Assembly: GCA_965203505.1 (NCBI GenBank)
Contig: OZ241880.1
Coordinates: forward strand, 2,858,206 to 2,922,205
Length of the DNA: 64,000 nucleotides
Reading direction: 5' to 3'
Source: Dehalococcoidia bacterium
GTDB taxonomy: Bacteria > Chloroflexota > Dehalococcoidia > Lucifugimonadales > Lucifugimonadaceae
Part shown: positions 1 to 8,562 of the stretch, piece after piece
Numbering within the stretch: the first letter of the stretch is position 1
Layout of the letters: every line of letters begins with the position of its first letter
Position numbers and translations under genes: made by a program
The notes under the pieces: model-generated
Database searches by the model: none
Told to the model about the DNA's origin: nothing
The model's input: the letters and a program-made list of their open reading frames with translations, nothing else

Positions 1-722
1 GTGATGTCATCTCCATCCTGCTCAAATTCGAAAAGCGCGATCAACTCGTCCTCAATGAATTGTGCTCCGACCGGTCGACAAATCAGATTCGGCAACTTTT
101 CGTCGCACACTGCAATGTCCTGCTCGATCTGGACACGGTTTAGGATATCGTTGCCTCACTTAGCTTGTATCGGCACAACGTAATGAGAACCTAGTTTGTC
201 TACGCCTACATACACTTCGTCGGTTTCAACTTGCCCAACTCCAGATGCAGTTGTCCTGAGGTGGTTTTGGAGAGAGTAACAGGTGATGCGCAAGAACACG
301 TCGATCAAACGGTTATACCTGACCCGCGCCAAAAGAGCTTGTTCGTCGGAAAACGCGTATTTGGCGATGATTCCGGGCGTGGCGTCGGGGATTTTTGTAA
401 CCGCAAGGTTGGGGTTCCGCGAAATCGGAACATCGGCTACCAAAACAAATGCGTACCTGCTCCGCCCCGCCGACCTGATGATCCAAATTTCACCTTCGGG
501 AGCCGCTTGAAGGATGCTCTCTGGCAGTGACTGCCTGTAACGAAAACTGTAGATGACGTCGCCTAGGTTTTTGGGAGGTTCGACGTTGAGGCGTTCAGCT
601 TGAGCGGAAATATCACTCCGATCGAAAACGACTTGACGATCACCCCGAGCATACTTGCTCTCGAATATCGCTTCGATGATTGTTGAGTAGCGATTTACCG
701 GTGGTATATCTGATCCCTCTTT
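1..722 (-). pseudogene. Disrupted PD-(D/E)XK-like nuclease gene, probable former restriction partner of the adjacent methyltransferase (runs off the window edge)
   Basis: One minus-strand frame stays protein-like from about 722 down to 1 (...EGSDIPPVNRYSTIIEAIFESKYARG...GQVETDEVYVGVDKLGSHYVVPIQAK*GNDILNRVQIEQDIAVCDEKLPNLICRP...). There is no ATG/GTG/TTG upstream of the TTG at 443. An in-frame TGA at 156-158 follows the D...QAK nuclease-like motif directly, and the frame then stays open to position 1. Confidence 0.4.
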
Positions 723-723
723 C

Positions 724-2097
724 TCATGCGTTCCCTGGCCATTCCAACAGAACCACTTCTTCTCTGAGTTGCTGACCGGTGACGGTCGACGGTCTCGTAC
801 GGAACAGATCGATGTCGACGACTCGGTATCCTAGCGAACAAGCCAGATCGGCAAGGATCTCACCCGTTCGTATCAACACTCTCAAATATGAGGCCTGATC
901 TCCCACGACATAGGCAAGTTTCGCTCCCGGGCGCAAGGCAGGGCGTAACGAGGCGAGATGCCGGGTCATTCCTCCGAAATACAGTTTGGTAACGCGTGGG
1001 TAAAGACGTTCGAATCCTGAAGTTTTCCGCAGTTCGATCCGACGCTGTTCTATGGCATCAGCGATTCGCTGTATCGTTTCGTTATCCTCAACCTGCTTGT
1101 CGTCGGAATCGGCCTTGTAAACGCCTCTAGTGTTGGACCGTATCAAATCTTGTTTGGATGACCTCAGTTGATTTCTATCCTTGATCAGGCCTAAAATCAC
1201 TGACTCTAGTCTCGTTGTCCGCGTGTAGTCTTTTTCGTTCGGGTACGGTGGTGAGGTAATCACGGCGTTTATCGATTTCGGTCCCAAGACGAGATCACAT
1301 TCTCGGGCATCCGCTTGATGAACAGATGCACTTGAGTGTGGTAGCTCTTTGACCAGACGGAGGTCATCGACCATGGCCCGCATCACATCTAGCCACACAT
1401 CTACAACTGGCGCATCGTATCTGATTTTTCCTATCCCGACCTCAGGGCCGAATTTCAAATTTCCGATCTCGGAAACCAAAGCCTTGGCAAGCGCTATCCT
1501 GCCATAGCGTTGCAGGTAAGGGTCGCCATGGTTTTCAATCTCTTCCAAAAGAACCAGAGTTTTGTGCAACGGTAACGGGCTGATCGAATTCTTGAGTATC
1601 AGCTTGGACCCTTGGACCCCGAGCGATTTTCTGACGACCCCATCTTCATCGAACTCCCATCCGCCAGCATCTGCGACAGTCTGCCAATCAACCCTGTCGA
1701 GCACTGCGTCGGCAACTTCGTCTGAGAATTCGATCAGCGCATCGGGGTCAACGGACCAGTCAACTTTCACCGAACTGGCGAAGTACGCCATCGGATTTGA
1801 TTCGACGCCGACGCTCGCGATCCCGAGCTTTTTGCACTCAACCAAGGTTGTGCCAGTTCCGCAGAACGGATCCAGGACCGTTTCCGTGGGTTGAACTTCC
1901 AAGCGCGCAAGGTAGTCGCGAACCAGATGTGGCGGGAAAGACAGAACGAATCGGTACCACTCATGGACGGCTCGATCTTCAGACCTGAGTTTGTTGCGGT
2001 ACTGCGACGCGGCGCGACGTTCTCTGATTGCGTCCATGGAAGTCCACTTTACGAAACTAGAGTGAAATGTGCCAGTTTCGCGATTGGATAGGAGCAT
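724..2097 (-). CDS. SAM-dependent DNA (N4-C or N6-A) methyltransferase
   Basis: 457-aa ORF. Motif I DPFCGTGTT (SAM binding) lies about 200 aa upstream of motif IV SPPY (VITSPPYPNEKDY). The true start may be the internal Met (MDAIRERR...). Confidence 0.85.
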   Translation of the reverse strand: MLLSNRETGTFHSSFVKWTSMDAIRERRAASQYRNKLRSEDRAVHEWYRFVLSFPPHLVRDYLARLEVQPTETVLDPFCGTGTTLVECKKLGIASVGVESNPMAYFASSVKVDWSVDPDALIEFSDEVADAVLDRVDWQTVADAGGWEFDEDGVVRKSLGVQGSKLILKNSISPLPLHKTLVLLEEIENHGDPYLQRYGRIALAKALVSEIGNLKFGPEVGIGKIRYDAPVVDVWLDVMRAMVDDLRLVKELPHSSASVHQADARECDLVLGPKSINAVITSPPYPNEKDYTRTTRLESVILGLIKDRNQLRSSKQDLIRSNTRGVYKADSDDKQVEDNETIQRIADAIEQRRIELRKTSGFERLYPRVTKLYFGGMTRHLASLRPALRPGAKLAYVVGDQASYLRVLIRTGEILADLACSLGYRVVDIDLFRTRPSTVTGQQLREEVVLLEWPGNA

Positions 2098-2266
2098 ACA
2101 GGTGCGGATTAAAACGAGACGATCTCTTTTCGTTCGAACACCAGAGAGATCGAGACCTCCACGACCTGAGCGGGCACTTCACTCGCCGAGTCTACGCCTG
2201 TGAGAAGATAGTCATCTTAGACTTCCGAACGATCACATCAGATATGGTGCAAGGTGGAGATCAACC

Positions 2267-5200
2267 ATGTACTTCGACCACAGACTTTTCGAACTGACCC
2301 GAGGCGTCCGCACGCGTATCCTATTTGCCGCCGTCTTGGGCCTGATCGCGGTCGGCGCGGGCGTCTCGCGCCTCGCAGTCTCCGGCGTCATCATCTACCG
2401 AGTCCTAGCGGGACAAGCCAGCTTCTCCGCCCTCGCGATGCCACTCTTGACAATCGCCGGACTGATCGTCGTGCGAAGTCTGTTCCAGTACTGGCAAAAC
2501 TCGGTCAGCCACCACACGGCCAACATCGTAAAGATCAAGCTCCGAGAAGAGGTCTACGGACACCTTTTGGAATTGGGACCTGGCTACGCCGACCGAACCC
2601 GGACCGGAGACCTCGCACTGACCCTCGTCGAAGGCATCGAGCGCATGGAGACATTCTTCGGTCAATACTTGTCCCAGTTCATCGTCTCCGTCATCGCTCC
2701 GATCGCCATCTTCGCCTTTATGGTCACGCTCGACCTCTACATCGCGCTCATATTCCTCGCATTCTCCGCACTCACCATGGCCGTGCCGGAGGTGTTTCGG
2801 CGTTGGAATCGCGAGAGCAGTCTCAAACGTCGCAGGGCGTATGGAGAATTTGGTTCCGACTTCCTCGACAGCGTGCAGGGTCTCGCGACGCTTAAGGCGT
2901 TCGGGCAGAGCAAGCGACGTGGTGCGCAACTGGCACAACGGGCAAACAATCTATATCGCAGCACGATGGGAGTCATGGCCGCGAACCAGACGACCAGCGC
3001 CGCCACCATCTTCTTCATGACAACTGGAGCCGCCATGGCATTGGTGGTGGGCGCGATTCGCGTCAGCAACGGCGATATGGAACTCCGCCCGCTATTGATC
3101 GTCCTCATGCTCGGGGTCGAGATCTTCCGCCCCATGCGCGAACTCACCAACCTGTTTCACATGGGTATGAACGTCCTATCGTCAGCGCAAAGCGTCTTCA
3201 GCATCATCGACTCAAAGGTCGCGATCACGGATCCGGAGGCAAACACAGACGCTCCGATACCCGAGCTTGCCCCTGAGGTTGCATTCGAAGGGGTCACGTT
3301 CGGGTACGACGGCGGTAACCGCCCAGCGTTGAGTGACGTGTCGTTCCAACTCCGCAGCGGCGAGACACTAGGCGTCGCCGGCGCCAGCGGTGCCGGCAAG
3401 TCCACGCTCGTTTCACTGATGTACCGGTTTTACGATCCGCAATCCGGTTTAATAAAACTTGGCGGTCACGACCTCCGCGAACTGCCGTTGAGCACCATTC
3501 GAGACAACATTTCTGTCGTCAATCAGGACACCTACCTGTTCCACGGAACCGTCGCCGACAACCTTCGCTTCGGCAAACCCGAAGCGACCCAACAAGAGCT
3601 TGAAGAAGCCGCACGCGTGGCCAACGCTCACGAGTTCATCGCGCGCCTCCCAAACGGTTACGACACAATCGTCGGCGAAAGAGCAGTCCGATTGTCAGGC
3701 GGCCAACGACAGCGATTGGCAATCGCCCGCGCACTATTGAAGGACGCCCCAATCCTCCTGCTCGATGAAGCTTTGTCGAGCGTGGATGCTGAAAACGAGT
3801 CGGTCATTCAAGAAGCCCTCGAACGCCTGATGGAGAACCGGACGACGCTCGTCATCGCTCACCGTCTGTCCAGCATCATCAACGCTGATCGTATCCTGGT
3901 TCTCGACGACGGCCATGCCGTAGAGATCGGTACACACAACGAGTTGATCGCCGCCAACGGGACCTACGCCGGCCTGATGCGCCAGCAAACCGAAACGGGC
4001 GTTGACGACGTTGCGTTCCCAACCGCGGCAGCGGCGCATTCCCACGCTCCGCACGTCCACGAACCCGCGTTGCCGCACCTCTCGACAGGTCATCACCATG
4101 CACCTCCATCGCAACATCAGGCAAGTAGGGAAGAGGTCAACATCCGTTCGCTCGCAGTCTGGCTCCGGTTGGTCCAACTCGTGCGACCCGTGCGTTTCCA
4201 ATTCATCGGTACAGTCGCGCTCGGCGTCCTAAACCACGGCTCCGTAATTGCGTTGGCCGCCTTCAGCGCATTACTAGTGGGTGCGGTGTTCCGTGACGAA
4301 CCACTGACAACCACCTTGATAATCGTCAGCGTTTTGGCGCCTATATCCGCGATCCTCTTCTATCTCGAAACCTGGCAAGCGCACGATATGGCATTCAGGT
4401 TGTTGGCCAAAATGCGGATCGACCTCTACGAGAAGCTGGAACCGCTCGCTCCCGCTTATATGGTCCGTCGCCGATCGGGCGACTTCGTCAGCGTCGTCGG
4501 TGGCGACGTCGAAACCGTCGAATTCTTCTACGGACACGCGGTCTCGCCCATGATCGTCGCAATCCTCATCCCGGTCGGATTGCTGATCACTCTGGCCGTT
4601 ATCGCATGGCCGATTGCAGCAGTTCTAGCACCGTTCCTCGTTGCCGTTGCAGTGAGCCCATACTTCGCAAATGAACGTACGGAGCGACTCGGCCATGAGA
4701 TAAGGGGTCGCATGGGCGATATCCATGCATTCATGGTCGACAGCATTCAAGGAATGCGCGAGATCGCAGCGTTCAGGCGCGGTGCAGACCGAAAAACTGA
4801 ACTGACCGAAAAAGGTTGGGCCTACGCCGGGTATCTCGTCAGGTTCCAGAAGTCTCAAGCTTTCCAGATCGGATTTATCGAGGCGATGATGGGTATCGGC
4901 GGACTGGCGGTGTTGGCGACGGGTGTGTGGCTCGTCCTCAATGATCAACTAGAGAGGACGCTCCTGCCAGCGGTAAGCGTCCTTGCGTTGGCTTCGTTCA
5001 GTCCAGTCACGGAGCTGGCTCGCACGATGAAGCAGATGATGGAAACCTTGGCCGCTTCACGCCGCATTCTGGCAATCCACGACGAAGAAGTTCCTGTGCG
5101 CGATGGTCCCGGAATTTCTCCTCTACCTTCCGCGGGAGAGGGCCAGGGTGAGGGGGATCATCCAACACCAACCGTTGATTTCGAACAAGTCGCATTCACC

Positions 5201-5893
5201 TACGCGGAGGGAGACCCTCAAGCCCTCGCCGACGTGTCATTGGATATCGAGTCAGGCCAAACCGTCGCTATCGTCGGCCGATCGGGTGCAGGTAAAACCA
5301 CGATCGCGTACTTGATGATGCGATTCTGGGACCCTGACCACGGTAAGATCGGCGTCGATGGCCACAGACTAGAAGAGTATCGTCTAGACGACCTACGAAG
5401 CCGCATGGCCCTCGTCGCGCAGGACACATACCTCTTCAACGGCACCATTCGCGAGAACATCCGGCTCGGCCGACACGGCGCCACCGATCGCGAAGTGGAA
5501 GAAGCTGCCCTGCAAGCGAACGCGGCTGAATTCATCGAGTCGTTCCCTGATGGCTACGAAACAAGGGTCGGCGAACGCGGCATGCAACTCTCTGGCGGTC
5601 AGAGGCAGCGCATCGCCATCGCCCGCGCAATCCTCAAAAACGCGCCTGTACTGATCTTGGACGAGGCCACATCGCACTTGGACGCCATCAGCGAAAGCAC
5701 AGTCCGCGAAGCCTTGGACCGCCTAATGATCGGACGCACAACCATCGTCATCGCCCACAGACTCTCCACAATCCGCGACGCCGACAAAATCCTCGTACTC
5801 GACGAAGGCGAAGTCGTCGAACAAGGCACACACGAACAACTACTCTCCCGCGGCGGCCTATACGCGCAATTGGTATCAGCACAGATGACATGA
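2267..5893 (+). CDS. Fused tandem ABC exporter (TMD-NBD-TMD-NBD), CydD/CydC-like
   Basis: 1208-aa ORF with two half-transporters in one chain. NBD1 has GASGAGKST, LSGGQRQRL and LLLDEA. A His/Pro-rich linker (HSHAPHVHEPALPHLSTGHHHAPP) follows. NBD2 has GRSGAGKTT, LSGGQRQRI and LILDEA. The TMD motif VEGIERMETFFGQYLSQ resembles CydDC-type exporters (from memory of the family). RBS aaggtggag lies upstream. Confidence 0.9.
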   Translation: MYFDHRLFELTRGVRTRILFAAVLGLIAVGAGVSRLAVSGVIIYRVLAGQASFSALAMPLLTIAGLIVVRSLFQYWQNSVSHHTANIVKIKLREEVYGHLLELGPGYADRTRTGDLALTLVEGIERMETFFGQYLSQFIVSVIAPIAIFAFMVTLDLYIALIFLAFSALTMAVPEVFRRWNRESSLKRRRAYGEFGSDFLDSVQGLATLKAFGQSKRRGAQLAQRANNLYRSTMGVMAANQTTSAATIFFMTTGAAMALVVGAIRVSNGDMELRPLLIVLMLGVEIFRPMRELTNLFHMGMNVLSSAQSVFSIIDSKVAITDPEANTDAPIPELAPEVAFEGVTFGYDGGNRPALSDVSFQLRSGETLGVAGASGAGKSTLVSLMYRFYDPQSGLIKLGGHDLRELPLSTIRDNISVVNQDTYLFHGTVADNLRFGKPEATQQELEEAARVANAHEFIARLPNGYDTIVGERAVRLSGGQRQRLAIARALLKDAPILLLDEALSSVDAENESVIQEALERLMENRTTLVIAHRLSSIINADRILVLDDGHAVEIGTHNELIAANGTYAGLMRQQTETGVDDVAFPTAAAAHSHAPHVHEPALPHLSTGHHHAPPSQHQASREEVNIRSLAVWLRLVQLVRPVRFQFIGTVALGVLNHGSVIALAAFSALLVGAVFRDEPLTTTLIIVSVLAPISAILFYLETWQAHDMAFRLLAKMRIDLYEKLEPLAPAYMVRRRSGDFVSVVGGDVETVEFFYGHAVSPMIVAILIPVGLLITLAVIAWPIAAVLAPFLVAVAVSPYFANERTERLGHEIRGRMGDIHAFMVDSIQGMREIAAFRRGADRKTELTEKGWAYAGYLVRFQKSQAFQIGFIEAMMGIGGLAVLATGVWLVLNDQLERTLLPAVSVLALASFSPVTELARTMKQMMETLAASRRILAIHDEEVPVRDGPGISPLPSAGEGQGEGDHPTPTVDFEQVAFTYAEGDPQALADVSLDIESGQTVAIVGRSGAGKTTIAYLMMRFWDPDHGKIGVDGHRLEEYRLDDLRSRMALVAQDTYLFNGTIRENIRLGRHGATDREVEEAALQANAAEFIESFPDGYETRVGERGMQLSGGQRQRIAIARAILKNAPVLILDEATSHLDAISESTVREALDRLMIGRTTIVIAHRLSTIRDADKILVLDEGEVVEQGTHEQLLSRGGLYAQLVSAQMT

Positions 5894-5959
5894 TCAGCTC
5901 GATAGTCCCCAAACCACCAACACCCCGCAATGGCGCCCCTAGTGGTTGCCCGAAAACAC

Positions 5960-6500
5960 CCCCGTAGAGGCGGTCCCTCGTGGTCGCCAGGGGTGGGGGA
6001 CAGCAGGATTGCCCCCGCTCGCGGGGGAAATGTCCGAAGGACAAAGGGGGCGCGACCCCACCTCGTAGCGGCAATCCCTCGTGGCCACCCCACCGTCCCC
6101 TTTCGCCCAGCGAAAGGGGACGCGGAGCCCAAGAGACCGACACAAGAACGCAGGGGTATGCCCGGCGCGGACGGGCCGGGTTTCCCCCGCTCCGCGGGGG
6201 AAATGTGCCACGCAGAGTAACTACGGCTACGACGTGGCAGAAGGACGAAATGGGCGCGACCCCGCCTCGTAGCGGCGAACCCTCATGGTCGCCCCACCGT
6301 CCCCTTTCGCTGTGCGAAAGGGGACGCGGAGCCCAAGAGACCGACACAAGAACGCAGGGGTATGCCCGGGGCGGAGAGGCGGCAGGGCGGTGACGCCGCG
6401 TACCCGCAGGGGCGATCCCTCGTGGTCGCCCGGCGCGGACGTGGGGCCGGGTTTCCCCCGCTGCGCGGGGGAAATGTCCGAAGGACAAAGGGGGCGCGAC
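5960..6500. repeat. REP/BIME-like mosaic of hairpin repeat modules (about 2.5 tandem units of roughly 200 nt)
   Basis: Three modules recur in alternating order. (A) A GTAG-containing element, gggcgcgacccc-cctcGTAGcggc-ccctcgtgg-cgcc, in 4 variants. (B) gtcccctttcg-loop-cgaaaggggac plus gcggagcccaagagaccgacacaagaacgcaggggtatgccc at 6095-6164 and 6299-6368. (C) tttcccccgc-loop-gcgggggaaatgt at 6008-6033, 6181-6206 and 6452-6476. All overlapping ORFs are translations of the repeats. Confidence 0.8.
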
Positions 6501-6567
6501 CGCAACGCCCCTTCCACCCCCCAACAAAAATCCCACCAATCCCCGAATCCCCGCTTCACACAACAAT

Positions 6568-6596
6568 TTGACTCTGATGCAACATATGTATTAATA
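6568..6596 (+). promoter_or_regulatory. Sigma70-like promoter candidate in an AT-rich island
   Basis: TTGACT (6568-6573), a 16-17 nt spacer, then tgtATTAATa (TG-extended -10-like). This is the only AT-rich patch in an otherwise GC-rich non-coding region. Confidence 0.35.
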
Positions 6597-6960
6597 TCGG
6601 AATCGAGGCGCACGATACGGCTTTATCAATCACCGGATCGAGCGCACAGAACCATCGCCGCGTCGAAACGGAAAGCGTGCGCAACTCTCTTTTTCGATGC
6701 TGTTAACGACCAACCTACAAGAAACCGGTCCGCGGGCGGGGCAAACCCGGAAGGCGTGAGCGAAAGCACACGAGCGACGGGCGACGGAACCCGCTGCAAG
6801 CCTGAGTGGTTCGGGCGAAACGCAGACCAGAAACCGGTCAGGCAGGGAGATTTGCCTCGGTGCGCGGATGCGGAGCAGATCGCTGGCTCCGACTAGCAAG
6901 CCAGGCGCGGCGCCGCAGAGATGCGGCCATCGGCCCCTCCCCTCGAGATGCGAGGGGGAC

Positions 6961-6999
6961 GCGAGCTGTAGGGGCGGGTTTCAAACCCGCCCCGCTCGC
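6961..6999. repeat. REP-like GTAG hairpin
   Basis: gcgagc-tGTAG-gggcgggttt-c-aaacccgcccc-gctcgc. A perfect 11-bp inner stem lies within a 6-bp outer stem, with a GTAG tetranucleotide at the 5' side. Confidence 0.6.
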
Positions 7000-7272
7000 A
7001 GGGGGCGCCCGTTCAAGGTCCGCGCGACTGCCCTGCCGTTGACACCGAAACCCTCCCGCGACGTCGCGCGGGGGCGGCTACAGCGCTGACGAGGAGGAAG
7101 GACCGAGTGAAACCGAGCGGCGAAACCACAGTCAACCGCACGACCGGCGATGGTCTGGCGACATCGCCTACGCTGGAACCCTACAAAAAACCAACAACCC
7201 CCTTATCGCAAACGTCGACCAACCCGACGCGGCGATGATTCGAAAACCTGACATAAGGGCGAACCCTCTTCC

Positions 7273-7340
7273 GTCCCCTTTCGGAACGAAAGGGGACGCG
7301 GAGCCCAAGAGACCGACACAAGAACGCAGGGGTATGCCCG
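7273..7340. repeat. Third, solitary copy of repeat module B
   Basis: gtcccctttcggaacgaaaggggacgcggagcccaagagaccgacacaagaacgcaggggtatgcccg is near-identical to 6095-6164 and 6299-6368 apart from the hairpin loop. Confidence 0.85.
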
Positions 7341-7576
7341 CCCACCACCCACCACCAAACAACCTGCACCCCCGCAGGTCATACCCTCATACCTCCGCGC
7401 CCATAAACAACCCAAGCCCCCCGACGCAACCCCCAAAACCAACACCCCATCAAAGCCCATCACACAAATCACCGTAATCAGCGGTTCAGACAACCTCCCA
7501 TCCATCCATGTAAGTCCCCAACCCGCGTTATCATTCTTATCTATCAGTCGCGAACGATTCACGGAGCCTTCACATC

Positions 7577-8560
7577 ATGCCTGCCATGACGAAAGAGCAA
7601 CTCGAACACTTTGAGCACTTCGGATTCGTCACAGCCGAGGGCGTGCTCGATCCAGAAAACGTCATCGATCCAGTGATCGAAGAGTACGCTGGCGTCCTCG
7701 ACGACCTAGCTGACGAACTATACGAGGAAGGCAAGATCAGTTCCAAGTACGAGGAACTGGAGTTTGGCGAGCGGGTCACGCAGATTTACGCCGAATCCGA
7801 CGAGGTATACAACGGCCACTTCGACTTTTCTCTGCCGCAAGGCGGCATCACCGAGGAAACACCGTTCTGGGCCGGTCCCGCAGTCTTCAACGCATTGACC
7901 GCGCCGGGCCTATTGGATGCCGTCGAATCTTTCATCGGGCCCGAAATCTACTCCAACCCAGTTCAGCACGTAAGGATCAAAGTTCCGGAAAGCCGCGCGC
8001 CTCGGGACGAAAAGGGTCACGTGAAGTTCGGGATCACACCTTGGCACCAAGACCAAGGCGTCGTGAATCCCGATGCCGACGAGACGCAGATGTTGACGGT
8101 GTGGTTCCCGCTAATGGATGCCGAAGTAGAGAACGGATGTCTGTCCGTAGTGCCAGGATCGCACAAGAACGATCTGCTAACACACTGTCCGGGTTTCGAC
8201 AACGGTTTGCAATCGGGACTTCAAATTCCTGAGACCGAATTCGAAGTCGGCAAGGCGGTGCCGATACCGCTCAAGAAGGGCGACGCACTCTTCATGACCA
8301 AGTTCACCGTGCACTCGTCTTTGCCCAACAACAGCGACCGCATCCGCTGGAGCTTTGACCTCCGCTACAACCCGATCGGGCAATCTACCGGACGCACGAG
8401 TTTCCCCGGCTTCGTCGCCCGCAGCCGCAGCAACCCGCAGAGCGAACTGCACGACCCGGCGATCTGGAACGAATTGTGGACAGACGCGCGGGATTCACTG
8501 GCTAAAGGCGAACAACCGTCGTTCAATCGCTGGGACGGCAGCGAACCGGCCTGCGCCTAA
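7577..8560 (+). CDS. Phytanoyl-CoA dioxygenase (PhyH) family Fe(II)/2-oxoglutarate oxygenase, paralog 1
   Basis: 327 aa. H-x-D in TPWHQDQGV and distal His in FTVHSS. Highly similar to the next two ORFs over the full length. Confidence 0.8.
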   Translation: MPAMTKEQLEHFEHFGFVTAEGVLDPENVIDPVIEEYAGVLDDLADELYEEGKISSKYEELEFGERVTQIYAESDEVYNGHFDFSLPQGGITEETPFWAGPAVFNALTAPGLLDAVESFIGPEIYSNPVQHVRIKVPESRAPRDEKGHVKFGITPWHQDQGVVNPDADETQMLTVWFPLMDAEVENGCLSVVPGSHKNDLLTHCPGFDNGLQSGLQIPETEFEVGKAVPIPLKKGDALFMTKFTVHSSLPNNSDRIRWSFDLRYNPIGQSTGRTSFPGFVARSRSNPQSELHDPAIWNELWTDARDSLAKGEQPSFNRWDGSEPACA

Positions 8561-8562
8561 CC

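Noticed and set aside
156-158. In-frame TGA in the nuclease-like gene as selenocysteine or as a Gly-recoded UGA (code 25)
   Set aside because: Many clear genes in the window terminate with TGA (for example the methyltransferase and the moaD-like gene), so UGA is not a general sense codon. The position follows a QAK motif where a Gly, not a redox Cys, is expected. No compact hairpin follows. The same gene also lacks a start codon, which fits decay.
5960-6500. Possible CRISPR array (regularly recurring GC-rich repeats)
   Set aside because: The repeats are 70-120-nt mosaic hairpin modules of three different types, not a single 25-40-nt repeat separated by unique spacers. The material between modules is itself repeated. 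No cas genes are present in the window.
6600-7250. RNase P RNA, tmRNA, SRP RNA, cobalamin riboswitch or group II intron
   Set aside because: On neither strand could I find the diagnostic strings: GAGGAAAGUCC and ACAGAA...GGCUUA for RNase P; a tag ORF plus tRNA-like CCA end for tmRNA; GGAAGCAGCC for SRP; the GCCACUG B12 box; or a domain V hairpin with a nearby reverse-transcriptase ORF. The region is left as unassigned.
5748-7562. Long ORFs across the repeat field (5748..6566, 5980..6393, 6285..6896, 7203..7562 and others) as protein genes
   Set aside because: They are Arg/Pro/Gly-rich translations of the hairpin repeats, occur on both strands and in several frames, and lack RBS or domain-like sequence.
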